Part shown: positions 12,687 to 27,891 of the stretch, one piece after another
How positions within the stretch are numbered: the first letter of the stretch is position 1
Layout: the number at the start of each line of letters is the position of its first letter
NCBI GenBank assembly: GCA_964016885.1
Contig: OZ024753.1
Coordinates: 18,166,001 to 18,230,000 of the forward strand
Direction of reading: 5' to 3'
DNA: 64,000 bases
Source: Eledone cirrhosa
Taxonomy: Eukaryota
Notes under the pieces: model-generated
Databases searched by the model: none
The model's input: only the letters and a program-made list of their open reading frames with translations
Told to the model about the DNA's origin: nothing
Made by a program: the position numbers and the translations under genes

Positions 12687-13085
12687 GATAAAATTTACCA
12701 TGGAATGTAATAAAAAGGAACTACCGTTTATGGATCTGCTTATCATTAATGAAGTGGAAACTGTCAAAACAGACTTATTTTATAAACCAACAGACACTCA
12801 CCAGCACTTCAATTTCCGATGAGCACACTCCTCACATACCAAGAGAAACATTCCCTTTAACATGGCAAGACGCATTTTCACCATAATAACACACCCCACA
12901 CTCCAGGAAAAATGATTATATGAACTAAAAAAGTTCCTTAAAAGACAAGAATATCCGGTGAACCTCATCAATATGGCCATCTCGAAAGCCCAGAACATCC
13001 CAATGATAACACTGAGAAAAACAAAGCAACAAAATAAAATGGTAAAAACAGTTTCCCTTTTGTCATCATTCACAATCCGCTAGAT
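12687..13085 (+). pseudogene. PLE RT thumb fragment (continuation of the previous fragment)
   Basis: KFTMECNKKELPFMDL..TDLFYKPTDTHQH..HTKRNIPFNMARRIFTI..QEYP. Confidence 0.8.
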
Positions 13086-13157
13086 CTATCACATCATAAT
13101 ATTATAAAATTATTAAATCAAATTGTTTAGAACAAGTGAATTCATTCTTTTCCTTTC

Positions 13158-13188
<31 letters not shown>

Positions 13189-14367
13189 AAGAGTTAAACA
13201 AGGTTCAATAAATACATCAAAGAATGAGTTTTACAATAGATTGGAAGCACTTAACAATTAATGATTTGCGAATCACAAATGCTCATTTTCGAATTTTAAT
13301 AGGAAGTCTGCGACTTCTTTATCACAGCTTATATAGTCATTAAAAGACAAAAATTTAAAATACTCGATCTTTTGGGCGAAGCTTTGTAATAGTGGAATTT
13401 ATACCAACTCTTCAATATCAATTAACTGCAACCTCTGTACAAAGGAGACCCTATTAATAATTAATAATTATGAAAACTTAATTAACGAAAACAAGTGAAT
13501 TATTCTTAAACTACCTTCATGAATCATTGTCTACATTCCAAGCCTCGCAAAAAGTCCGGAAAGAACAGTAAACAATCAGGCCTGATGTTTGACCTCTATT
13601 ATCAACTGTTGAACATATAAGTCATAGCGGTTCATAAAATTTTAATAATGCTCTATCTCATTTATAATAGAATTAATGTTTGAATGAAGGACACTTGTTT
13701 GATAACTTGTTTACTTGATAGATATTCATACCCTATGATTTTTGGGATATTTATAACTTTGATCCAGATCTTTATTTATCTGTCTCTGTTTTAAATATAT
13801 AGTTTGGATATTTAACTTGTAAATTTACTGATTATAATTTGAACTGTGGATCATTCATGCGTTTGCATATTTTACTCATTTTGAGTACGTTTTGGGGAAC
13901 TCAAAAAGTTAGATTGGCACTTGATTATTTCTATGTATATCTAGGTATAAATTTAACAAACCATAATAATTGACAACTATTGGTCTATCTCTCCACTGAA
14001 TTGGAGGTAAAACTACAATTATAGCATTATTAACAATGATTATAATTATTATTTTTTATTAAATGTATACCGTTTCATTAATACCTATAATTATATCTAT
14101 ATATAGTTGTACAAATATCTTTATCTAGTGTAATAACATAATCGTAGTTACATTTATAAACAATTTAGACACTCAATTGACTTTATATTGTTATAAGTGT
14201 TTGGTATTCCCTGGAAGGTCGAACTTATATAATCATTTACTTAATATAATATAAAATAATATAATATAATATAATTTAAATATTAAATATTGCATTATTG
14301 TAATATAATAATATATTATTTATATTTGAAAGGTATTTTATGATCAATACATATATATAGTTGAAAG

Positions 14368-14581
14368 TCCTGGATATGACATTAAACTACATCCAGTAGC
14401 AAGGTTCCAGTTCGGGAGTTCAGGAGTTGTGGGGAATGTGGAGTTACCCCTTAGTTTTCATGACTCCCAGGTCTGCCCTGGCCCGGGGTGGTAGTACCTG
14501 TTAGGGCTCCATTTATGAGTTAAATAACTACCTTATTCGAGTGGCGCCGGTAAGGTATTGTCAGCCATTGAAAAGAAAAGA
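14368..14581 (+). mobile_element. Short retroposed repeat with TSD
   Basis: 11-bp direct repeat ATAGTTGAAAG at 14357-14367 and 14582-14592 flanking a GC-richer body with an A-rich end. Confidence 0.55.
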
Positions 14582-15321
14582 ATAGTTGAAAGCTCTGACT
14601 TCTTTAAGTTTAATTATAAGGCTGGTTGATACTTTAGGCACTCAAACTATTTAACAATAAATTCTATAATAATTATAACTATAATTATCTTATAAATTAT
14701 ATTATAGAAACGGTTGTCAATATAATAGGTAATTTTGGTAAAGATTACCTTCGTGAGGATATAAAACATTATATATATATTTTTTCATTCTCGTGTTTCG
14801 TAAATCCTTTAAATTTGTTTTCATAAAATTTGAATTTTAGAAATCTAACATAATTATATTATACTATTAACTTTTAAAACCTAAAATATGATTCTTTACC
14901 CTGAAATAACATAAATTAAATATTTTGAAAATTAGCCGCCAACTATATGATATAGAAATATGTGTGTATAGAAACTTGAACATAAATTACTCCCCTTTGT
15001 TTCTCTCTCTCTCTTTAATCATCTTTCATCTGTCTTCTCAAGCCACATACTAAATATATTATCACATCAGCTGTTTTCTTCCTCTATGCTTTCTTTTCCC
15101 GCCTCTTTCTCTAGTAGTTTTTAAAAATTAAAAATGTTATAACTGTTATATTGATGCCATGTATTTCTTAAAATCTATTGCATGCACTCTCTCTATTGTT
15201 TGTATTGCGTTATCTCATGTTCTCAATATTAGGGTATAAATATTGAGTGTTGTCATAAGTTAATCACTACCTTGATTGAATCTTAACCATCTACCATGCC
15301 AGGGTATGTCATGTATCATTT

Positions 15322-15388
15322 TATTTTATCTGATGAGATCGTACTGTTGAACTTAACTCAGTACATCTGAAATATGTATAATAAAATA
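15322..15388 (+). ncRNA. Type I hammerhead ribozyme (stem II register slightly off)
   Basis: TATTTTAT-CTGATGA-GATcGTACTG..CAGTAC ATC-T-GAAA-TATGTA-TA-ATAAAATA. Confidence 0.65.
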
Positions 15389-15882
15389 TAATTGATCACA
15401 AGAATATCTATTTTGTTAATATTTTGAATTTATATATATATATATATATATCCGAAGGGTGATGGTGTATGAAAATGAATTACGTGTTTTGGAAAATGCA
15501 ATTGCTATGATTAAAGTTTGGCTGTGTTACCTATTAGGAGTTCTGATGTGTACCGATACCTAGTTTGTAGAATGTTGTTTCTTTTATACATATTAAATGA
15601 AACAGAACTATTTCATGTTACGTCCCTATAAAATAAATTCATTGATCTAAATGTAGGTATACTCTGCCGTCATTTTGAAATTTCATATCCTTACGCAATG
15701 AAACACCTGAATTGAATGTAATAAACCGTTATATTATACAAAGAGTACGTTTACGGTATACAAGGAAACAATTCACTTGAAGCACTCGACGTTAATCTAC
15801 TTCTTTGAAATAAGGATGACGGAGTATATTTATAAATAGGAAAATGTGAAGTTGTAGATATTAAACTCTTTTATTAATTGAG

Positions 15883-15931
15883 CTGTTACACATATTTCAA
15901 TGACGATAGGGATCGTGATTTCTTCAGACAG
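15883..15931 (-). ncRNA. Type I hammerhead ribozyme
   Basis: Reverse complement: CTGT-CTGAAGA-AATcACGAT ccct ATCGTcATT-GAAA-TATGTG-TA-ACAG. Confidence 0.75.
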
Positions 15932-16514
15932 TAAAATTGATTAAAATGTAACATTTCCAAGGTAATTTTGGGTGGAAGGGAGCGGAGTATAAACATTTGC
16001 TTTTACTTTGGGTGTCTGATTCTTTTCTCGTTTAACCTTTCTCCTTTGTAACTTTTCTCATATTTTTCTTAAATATTCATTATTTGTCTCTACCGGATTG
16101 ACCAGGATACCAACTATTTGATTATCTAATTTTTGCAATTGATACTTTAGATTTCGCCTGTCATTCTCGCTAAGATGCCAGTTATTTTCCAGTGGGAATT
16201 CAGAACAAATTAATATCCAATTCTGAATCCAATCCCTAGTAGAAATATACACATCAGCTGGACACCAAAGTTAGGAGTAAATAAGTTTGGCTAAACTGAA
16301 CTCCCACTGATATAGTTGATATAGTGTTGTCGGCTGAGGTGGGCGAGGACTGGTAGCTAGAGAGAACAATTAAGGCTAGTAGTATTCTGGGAGGCAGTTG
16401 AGTGATCAGCCTACGACAACCCTGCATCTGCGCAGGTTAAAAGGGAGCGGACGCTCAATGCAAAAAAAGGGTGAAAGCAACGATTCTTTGCTTAAACTTT
16501 AATCTGTTATTTTA

Positions 16515-16580
<66 letters not shown>

Positions 16581-16605
16581 TAAAATAACAGATTATATAT
16601 ATATA

Positions 16606-16657
<52 letters not shown>

Positions 16658-17327
16658 TAGAGAAATAGCAAAGCACGCGACAAAGTAAGATGAAAAAATA
16701 TATTATTAGTTCTATTCTTGATATGGTAGGATAAGTGTCGTAAAGTTTCGGACATTAATCCCTCATCAGGAAATAGAATGAGAAATTAAAGTAGACATAG
16801 AAATATTGAGATGGGCAGTGGAAAAATTAAACTATATTTTTATAGTAAGTAAAATAGGTCCATTGATGTTGTCATCTCTAGGAAAGCTGTTGTGTGATAA
16901 TCTTGTTTTGAAAGAGGTTGATCTAGCGTCTTTATATATATGTATGTATCACATACATATATATATATATGCATATGTACACAACTACACACATATATAT
17001 ATATGCATATGTACACACATACACATACATACATATATATGGATATGTACGCACATACACATACATATATATGGGTATGTACGCACATACAGACAATTAC
17101 GTATTGATATGTACGCATATACACATACACATATATATATGCATATGTACACGCATACACATATATGTATACGCACACACATATACTTACATATATATGC
17201 ATATGTACACACATATACATACATATATATGCATGTGTACACACATACATATAATTATATATATATATATATATATATAAATACACATATATCTATATAC
17301 ATATATATGCATATGTACACACATACA

Positions 17328-17374
<47 letters not shown>

Positions 17375-17392
17375 GAAAATAGAGAAATTAAT

Positions 17393-17580
17393 TGTTTCTA
17401 CTTTAGGCACAAGGCCAGCAATTACCCAGTGCATTACTGGTACTTTATTTTATCGACCCCGTAAGGATGAAAGGCAAAGTCAACCTCGGCGGGATTTGAA
17501 CTCAGATCGTAAAGGGACGTAACTATGCTGGAAAGCATGGCGTCCGACCCTCTACTGATACTGCCAATCCACCGCCCTTG
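17393..17580 (-). mobile_element. tRNA-derived SINE, young copy
   Basis: Near-consensus body; 18-bp TSD GAAAATAGAGAAATTAAT at 17375-17392 and 17581-17598. Confidence 0.9.
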
Positions 17581-18850
17581 GAAAATAGAGAAATTAATGT
17601 GAGCAAGAAGCCAACAGTATTTCATAATATATAAGTGACTATAACGTCAAGATAGAAAATAATTAACGTAAGATATGGGAAAATAATTCAAACTCAATTT
17701 AAAAAAAAATCAAGACAGAGATATTATCCACAGATTTTGTGAAATCCAGGGAAAAAACAAATAGAGTCTTACCTCAGAATACAATAAAGTTTAATTACTT
17801 ATCCTTCAAGTTGGAAAAACTACAAATGCTCTATATAGTCTTAAAAATACTATTTCACGAAACTTTTCAGTGGGATTAATCACGGTTGGAACCCTTCCTA
17901 AGTAGAGCTCAACACGATAACCAAAACCACTGCCAAAATATGCCAGAAAGGGAATTTAAAAGCAGGCTAGTTTGCCTCGTGCGGAATTATGAAAATAAAC
18001 ACACATGGAGAAACATGGCTGGTGAGGTCAGGATGAGACGAATGTCTGTTTACTAGAAACAGCAGTCAAAAACATTCCGAAAAACTCTACAAAATGTAAG
18101 GAGTTCAGCAAAATAGCCATATTATCGTGGTTTTTTTAAAAAAGACCGGGATTAGTCACAAATAAGTTTAAGCACTCTAGGAAAAATTCCGAGTATAAAT
18201 ATAAATGAAAATAGAGAAGTTGATTTGAGCATGAAGCCAACAGTATTTCATAATATATAAGTGACTATAACGAGTGGGAGTGGCTTTTCCAGCGCGTCTC
18301 CCTTGCCGTCCGCCGGGGAAACGCCTTCTCCATTCTGTCCGCCGGGGCTGTGGGTTGGTCACATCGCGTACCAACATTAGTTAAATACCATTCTTTCATC
18401 GTTACAACTTATATCCACATTAATGACGTATTATCTTTGTTGTCACTGTACTCCTTCGGATATTGTTTGCGTCATTTCTTTACAACTAATTAACGTAAGA
18501 TATGTGATCATAATTCAAACTCAATTCAAAAACAATATCAAGACATATAAATATATAAATGTGCACACATACATAAATAATTATTGTATATTGAATGAGT
18601 TGACTAATGTCACAAATCAAGACATTTCCATATTTTTCAGTATTATTTATTTATTTATTTACTTCCATTATATTCTTTTCTTAGTGTATTGACAGAATGG
18701 GTATATATGTATGACTGACTATATAGATATGGTATATATGTATGACTAACTATATAGATGATATATATACACATATAGCTGAATATATACATGGTACGTA
18801 TATGGCTGAATGTATACACATGGCGTATATATAGCTGACTTTATATACAT

Positions 18851-18890
<40 letters not shown>

Positions 18891-18954
18891 CTACTGTATA
18901 TATATATATATATACTACTGTATATATATATATATAATACTATATATATATATA

Positions 18955-19603
<649 letters not shown>

Positions 19604-19654
19604 CTGAATATATACACATGGCATATATAAGACTGACTATATACACATGGTATA

Positions 19655-19795
19655 ACGAAGAAGTTGTTGTAAGGAACCAGATGGACCATAACGCACCAGA
19701 GTACTCAATACTTAGGGTAGTAGAATGGGTAATAGGAAAAAGTATGACCCCGACGGCAGAGTTCAAGCCATTTAGATGGGGTCATACTTTTTCCT
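19655..19795 (-). repeat. Hairpin-capped repeat family, copy 2
   Basis: Arms AGGAAAAAGTATGACCCC / GGGGTCATACTTTTTCCT plus shared body. Confidence 0.75.
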
Positions 19796-19864
19796 CTTAC
19801 ACATGGTATATATATATAGCTGACTATATACACATGGTGTATATATAGCTGACTATATACACAT

Positions 19865-19901
<37 letters not shown>

Positions 19902-21304
19902 CCGAATATATACACATCTTGCCTCCCTTAAAGATTTTTTTTTTAATTAATCTCATCTATAATTGTTATTCTTCCTTCTATTTCCTAGGAGTTACTATAA
20001 ACATGTTAGAGCTCATTGGCTTCAGCATTGAACATCTAGCTCTTCTATTTTATGGATATTCGATTCGGGATTAGGATATTCCTGGTTGAGTATTCCATAG
20101 ACCTGTACATACTTAACGTAATTGGCCGTCACCATTATCCTGACAAAATATGTTATAGATCTGGGACGTTTAACTACTAACACGATACATTGGAACAGCT
20201 TCAAAACAGATTCTTAACACGTAATTTCATTCACACAAACCTGGTATATTCAACGTTATGATAAAGACGCTTGCCACAAATTCTACGGAGTGAGACCAAA
20301 CACAGATTCTTATAATTAGGAAGTGAAACCGTTAACCACTTAGCCATGCAGTCTCATCTCCATCAAAAGTAGATAATATACAATTCAAAACAAGATATTT
20401 GGAAACTTCTACTAGAAGTCAATGCTATACAAAAACCGATTTCGTTGATTGGCAAAATATTTTGAAAAGAAGACGAAAATTAAAACCCCCTTGTATGTAT
20501 TATGCACATTTCCTCCTCCTTCAATGAAGACTGTATTATATTATGTAATGTATTTAGTCCATTTTATTGCTGTAGCTTATTCAATATTGATAAAAGAATA
20601 AGTTATGAATTTGATCTATTTCATTGACATCTGAATCAGGATCAGTGTTGATGTTGCTTCTGTGTCTCTATTCATCTATTGTCAGATTTTATGGCTACAT
20701 ATTGTAACTCATCTTATTTTATTTCGCATCGAAATTGAACTGTTATTATGTTGGACATCTGAACCGACTAGCTGAGAGATATATCTGAATACATCAATAA
20801 TGGTTTTATATTCAATAAAATAAGCTACATTTATCATCTTTTGAGTTGATGCACAATATTAATCACTGTTCTGTAAAACTGAAACAATTAATCGTAATAT
20901 TCATTCATCTGTGACGAATTAAATTAAACACTTGTATAACATTTCTTAAACCTAACTACTTAATCATATCATTTTTCTATAAGTCTCCAACATTCAGATC
21001 TATTGATTTCAGCTGCCTGGAACGAAACGCTAAAGTCAGGACAGTATTAGTATTTATTTAACCAATATATTTCAGCCAGGTATTCAACTATCAAGGAAGT
21101 CAAATGGCAAATAACAAGTTTGCTTTAGCTGATGTCAATATATGGCAACCATGAAAAATGATACATTGAGTTCTTATACACATATGATCAGGAATTTCAC
21201 ACGATTAGTTTAAGAATAAAGAAAATAATTCTATATGTTTATAAGGTTTGACGCAAAAACATTCAGCTACACTCCCAATTCTAATAGAATTCAGACATGT
21301 AAGG

Positions 21305-21540
21305 CAGACATGTCAAAGTGAGGGTCCCCCGAGGCCCACATGGGACACACATATGTTGTCTGAGGACCACATGGGTCACATATGTGTTGTTTGAGGACCA
21401 AACATGAAAACTAATTGCCCACATTGTAACTAATATTTTTTATTTCATATTACGCTCGGGCTGTAAAAATCTTTGTGCGGACCGCAGCCGTGCTTGCAAA
21501 GGGCCACATGCGGCCCGCGCCCACATGTTTGACATGCCTC
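21305..21540. mobile_element. hAT (Charlie-like) MITE
   Basis: TIRs CAGACATGTCAAA / TTTGACATGCCTC; 8-bp TSD ATGTAAGG at 21297-21304 and 21541-21548; internal GGCCC/GGGCC motifs. Confidence 0.85.
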
Positions 21541-21841
21541 ATGTAAGGTCCCAACTTAAACCTATCTAATGTTTCGAGAGCTTGCTTGGCTTACCAGTTA
21601 GTGGTGTGGTGTGATGCTTTGAGCTGTGTACCTCAAGAAGGGTGTAATATATCAAATACCTGATCTCAGAATGATAACAGAATGGGAATCCATACAACTA
21701 CTCACACACGCACACACATGCACACACACCCACACACGCATACACACGCTCAAACACGCACATATACACATACACACACATACACATATATACACATGAA
21801 AACACACCCACATGCTCGCACACACACACACACGGACACAC

Positions 21842-21872
<31 letters not shown>

Positions 21873-22129
21873 TACACACACACACACATACATACACATA
21901 CACGCATCCCCCCCCACACACACATATACACACAGACGAACCAACTTTAGGGTGAAAGCAGAAATTGTTTTCCCAAAGTTTTACTCTGTGCTGATATTAA
22001 ATATTTGCCCTACCAGTTTATACATACTTAAATATACATAACCCTTATCAAATCGTCTCTGGATTTTGGTATTTGTATTTGTTATTACTAATATATATAT
22101 ATATTTATAATACAACTGGAAGAAACATA

Positions 22130-22372
22130 ATAGCACCACTGATGATGTCACAGATGTGTGACACAAGAACTTTGATAGTCTCTATATATATTTTTATAAC
22201 TGAATTTTTAACCGTTGGTCAATCAATGGTAAACATTGATTGCCAGCTAAATTAACTATGGAGATATAAAAGATACAGAAGCGAAAACCAACCCAAACCA
22301 AACAGTGGGTGTGTTCTGTTATTATTTCTGGCAATATTATAACAATATAACCCTCCCCAAATATAACAATAT
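22130..22372 (+). mobile_element. Diverged PLE pLTR fragment with decayed hammerhead (related inverted copy ~25935-26125)
   Basis: CTGATGA-T-GTCACA gatg TGTGAC-acaa-GAAC; ends CCCTCCCCAAATATAACAAT like the family at 57-63 kb. Confidence 0.55.
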
Positions 22373-22379
22373 ATGTATG

Positions 22380-22459
<80 letters not shown>

Positions 22460-22466
22460 TATATAA

Positions 22467-22572
22467 AACGTAGGAAATGTAGAAAAGAACCAGATGGACC
22501 ATTTTTTTTTTAGTCCAGAATTAGCCGTCGAAACGGCTTGAGCTCAGCCGTCGGGGTCCTACTCGTTCCTAT
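22467..22572. repeat. Hairpin-capped repeat family, rearranged copy 3
   Basis: GAACCAGATGGACCAT joined to GCCGTCGAAACGGCTTGAGCTCAGCCGTCGGGGTCC. Confidence 0.65.
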
Positions 22573-23037
22573 ATATATATAATTAATATATATATATATA
22601 CATGTATACTTGTTGGGAAAAAGCACGTGATAGTTGAGGCATTTGGCACCGCTAACATAGTGGTTTACTACTTCATACCACACCAGGTCAAGGCACAGAA
22701 CGGAAATCTATTGATAACATAAATCCCCAGTTCGGTCTTCAAACACCAAAAACTTGCATACTTGCGCAAGTAGGATTGTTGATTTTGGATTCATAGAAAC
22801 CCATCGGAGAAACGACACTCTCCCTCCGAGACGGTCCAGGTTTGTTTAATTAACCTGTTGGTTATCTCGTTGCTTCGGAGTCGTGGCTGGGCTTACCTGC
22901 TACAGTTTTCAATTTGTCATGCCGTCTAACAAATGTTATTACTCTGAGATTTCTCATCCACTGCTTGGCAACACAATTACTCATTGTATCTCGTTGGATT
23001 GGCTACAGCCGAAGCTTCGATTATACTAAACTTCCAT

Positions 23038-23142
<105 letters not shown>

Positions 23143-23325
23143 TTGTTTAGCAAGATACTTTAACTGAAAACGTGTGTTGAAACCGATATCGTTATACTTT
23201 GGGAGGGTCATGTTAACAATAAGAAACACACGTACCAGTTGCTTTCACTCCAATTTATTATGAATTAAATTTATAAATTTCCGGTTGGTTGGTTGGTTCC
23301 ATAAGCGGACAGTTGTTCATATATT

Positions 23326-23368
23326 GTCAAAGTTATTTCGTCACACATTATGTGACCTCTTCATTGAC
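23326..23368 (-). ncRNA. Hammerhead motif with C3>A change
   Basis: Reverse complement: GTCA-ATGAAGA-G-GTCACA..TGTGAC-GAAA-TAAC-TT-TGAC. Confidence 0.55.
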
Positions 23369-24392
23369 TGGGGATTATTTTCTTTGTTTTGTGCCTCCCC
23401 TTTGTTCTGTCGTACGCCATCTTATTTTGTGTGTGTTGTGTGCTTAGTTTGCGCATGTGTTACATCCGGGTGTCTGTGTGTGTTTTCATTTTGTCATTAA
23501 TTGTAAGTTGTGATGTTGCTGTTCCACTCATGTTTTCTATTTAATATTGGTTGGTGTTCATTTATGTTTATTTGACTCTGTGATTTGTCTAAACATTGCG
23601 TCTTTCCTGTGTGTAGATTCTATTTTTATTTCTATGTTCTCTAATTTGACCTTATGTTCTGTTTTATCATGTTGGTGGAGTATTGATGATTCTTTTTTAT
23701 CTTGAAGCTCTCGCCAGTGTTCATTTAACCGTTCTCCTATACTACGAGCTGTCTCACCTATGTACACTATATTCTTTTTTGCCTCTATGTTTTATTTTAG
23801 CATGTTGGTGGAGTATTGATGATTCTTTTTTATCCTGAATATCGCGCCAGTATTCATTTAACAGTTTTCCTATACTACGAGCTGTCTCACTTATGTACAC
23901 TATATTCTTAAGAATATAGTGTACATAGGTGAGACAGCTCGTAGTATAGGAGTAGTATAGGAGAACGGTAAAATGAACACTGGCGAGAGCTTCAAGATAA
24001 TAAAGAATCATCAATACTCCACCAACATGCTAAAATAGACATAAGGGCAAATTAGAGAACATTGAAATAAAAATAGAATCTACACACAGAAAAGACGCAA
24101 TGTTTAGACAAATCACAGAGGCAATAAACATAAATGAACTCCAACCAAAATTAAATAGAAAACATGAATGGAATAGCAATATCACAACTTACAATCAAGG
24201 ACAAAATGAAAACCCACACATAGAACAAACAATCAAGCAGTGACATGTAAATAAACAAATAAATAAACAAATAAAAACACACACAGACACCCGGATGTAA
24301 AACATGCGCAAACTAAGCACACAACACACACAAAAACAAGATGGCGTAGGACAGAACAAAGGAGAGACACAAAACAAAGAAAATAATCCTCA

Positions 24393-24435
24393 GTCACTGA
24401 AGAGGTCACATAATGTGTGACGAAAGAACTTTGAC
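24393..24435 (+). ncRNA. Minimal type I hammerhead in pLTR
   Basis: GTCA-CTGAAGA-G-GTCACA taatg TGTGAC-GAAA-GAAC-TT-TGAC. Confidence 0.75.
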
Positions 24436-24586
24436 AAGATATGAACAACCGTCCTGTTGTGCAACCAACCAACCAACCAGAAATTTATAAATTCTTAAAT
24501 TTATAAATTAAATGTATAATAGATTGGAGTGAAAGCAACTGGTGCGTGTGTTTCTTATTGGCAACATGACCCTCCCAAAGTATAAC

Positions 24587-24701
<115 letters not shown>

Positions 24702-24851
24702 TAAAAGAGCGGATCAATGTAACGTAATTTGTGTATTTCGATGTTAGTATATTCTAATTGAAATGTTTATTTGCATCAACATTATATAAAATGTCTTACT
24801 CTTCTATCAATGGTTCTCCCCCTCTCTCTCCTCTATCTCCCTCTCTCTCCT

Positions 24852-24887
<36 letters not shown>

Positions 24888-24941
24888 ATCTTTCTCTCTT
24901 TCTCTCTCTATCTCTCCCTCTCTCTTTCTCTCCCTCTCTCA

Positions 24942-25010
<69 letters not shown>

Positions 25011-25451
25011 TATATCTTTCTCTCTCTCTGTCTCACTCTCTCTTTCTCTCATTCTCCCCCCCCCCCACCTTTATCTTTCCTACTCGCTGCTTACAGCTTT
25101 CATTCTCTATGATCACCCCAGGTACGTTGCTCATACCGAGAAGATTATCTTTCCAACCGTCTGATGTGTAACTTAAGTTCAAATTCATTGTCATGAAAAT
25201 AATATAGCAACTACATATTTAAAGGAAATAACATTGGCTTCTAGCAAGTGTTGCAGTGTCATGTGTACTTTTCACATGTCGCCATCTATAACTGTTTTCC
25301 TACCATTTTAAATATCAGACTTTTTTCTTTCCTCTTCAGTCTTTTAATGTGAACCTAAATGAATTGTAAATAAAGAATAACAAAATATATTGGCCTGCCA
25401 TAAGCACTTGATTATATACATACACAGACACACACAGACACACACTAACAC

Positions 25452-25550
<99 letters not shown>

Positions 25551-25691
25551 CAATATTAAATAAATGGAAAACTATATTTATTTCATTATATATATTTAAT
25601 ATTGTAAATATACTCCAAGTATTTGTCGAGTGCTTTTATATCAGTTATAAATATTTACTAGTTGTAACCCAACAATTTTAAATATAACTTT

Positions 25692-25908
<217 letters not shown>

Positions 25909-26193
25909 TATATATATATGCATATATATATATACTTGGGGAGGGTCATATTTGTGTAATGTCGCCAGAATTAATAACATAACACACTCACTGTTTGGTT
26001 GGCTTTCGCTTTTCGCTTTTCGCTTTTCGCTTCTGAGTCTTTTATATTGGTTAATTTAATTTATTCGGTCCTCAATGTTGCCATTGACTGACCAACGGTC
26101 AACAATACAGATACAATATAGACACAAACACATATATATTTGTTTCGACACACGATTTCATATAAAAAACCTCGCAAAACTGATTCATCGCCG

Positions 26194-26236
<43 letters not shown>

Positions 26237-26311
26237 TATACATATATATATATATGTGCATGTACACATATATATGCATGTACATGTATATATATGCATG
26301 TACATATATAA

Positions 26312-26386
<75 letters not shown>

Positions 26387-26441
26387 ATATATATATATGC
26401 TTGTGTATATATATATATGTGTATATATATATATATGTGTG

Positions 26442-26530
<89 letters not shown>

Positions 26531-26712
26531 GCATGTATGTATACTATTCATCCGTTTGTTAGGAATGGGTTACAATTTCCTGTTACGAAATATAAATTAG
26601 ATTCCTACAACTTAACTTTCATTTACCAACGCATGTTTGTATGCATACCTGCCCAGAGGCAAACAGTCGCATAAACATACACACACACACTCACATACAC
26701 ACACACACGCAC

Positions 26713-26821
<109 letters not shown>

Positions 26822-27219
26822 CAAATATATTACACAAAGAGAAGTGTGTTACACAGTGAGATGTGTGTAAAGAATTATTACAAGTGAGTTTTACCGTTAC
26901 TGTATAGAGAACAGTATCTACTGGTTTAGCAATTAAATAGAAACAAACTAAGTCAGAATCAAATCTCTGGATTAGAGTTTTAAATTACCAACCTTATAAC
27001 TATAGGTTTGCTAGGAAAAGTAAAAGACAAAAACAGAAACAAGGAGTGCAGTTACGAACAGTGTTGGTATTAGGCAATGCAAGTAGAGGTTATGACTAAT
27101 ATGTACCGTGGATAGTTCTAACGTTCGGCTTTGTTTGACTCTACAAGATGTCTACTTAGTTGTTGTGTCCGGGTGGCCGATTCCTGACAATTCCGAGGTA
27201 AGCGGTTACTGGAGTATTA

Positions 27220-27500
27220 ATAAAGGAGTGTAGAATAACACAGATCAGCTATACAGTAGGAGTTATTCCAAATGTTAACATATGTTTCATTGGCTCGATG
27301 TGTCTAAAAATCGCTATCTGTAGTGCTACCATGACAATCTGCTGGGCTGTTTCTACATTCGATTTTAAATACTATTATCATCAGCGAAATTATCAAAATA
27401 CTATTAGTATTTTTAGACAGACCGGGCCAATGAAACATGGGTAAATACTTGGAATAAACCCTATTGTATAGCTTATCTGCGTTATCTTCACTCCTTCATT
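27220..27500. repeat. Imperfect inverted repeat (~100-bp arms)
   Basis: About 27220-27320 vs 27405-27500; arms contain a GAAACAT..G-T[AT] hammerhead-like 3' half also seen at ~33620 and ~44440. Confidence 0.6.
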
Positions 27501-27891
27501 GCGGTGGATTGGCAGTATCGGTAGAGGGTCGGACGCCATGCTTTCCAGCATAGTTACGTCCCTTTACGATCTGAGTTCAAATCCCGCCGAGGTTGACTTT
27601 GCCTTTCATCCTTACGGGGTCGATAAAATAAAGTACCAGTAATGCACTGGGTATTTGCTGGCCTTGTGCCTAAAGTAGAAACAATTATTATATATATATA
27701 TATATAATATATATATAAGGGCGGTGGATTGGCAGTATACATAAAGGGTCCGACGCCATGCTTGGCAGCAAAGAGTTACAGCCCTTTATGGTTTGTGTTC
27801 AAATGCCGTCGAGGTTAACTTTGCCTTTCATCCTTACGGGGTCGATAAAATAAAGCACCAGTAATACACTGGATAATTGCTGGCCTTGTGC
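27501..27891 (+). mobile_element. SINE dimer (SINE-(TA)n-SINE)
   Basis: Two tandem monomers; spacer pattern and second-monomer variants match 37206-37615. Confidence 0.85.

Noticed and set aside
19965-21240. Possible host exon(s): polypyrimidine-CTAG acceptor near 19988 and short minus-strand frames (e.g. DPDSDVN)
   Set aside because: All frames close quickly and there is no recognisable domain; needs RNA-seq or tBLASTn.
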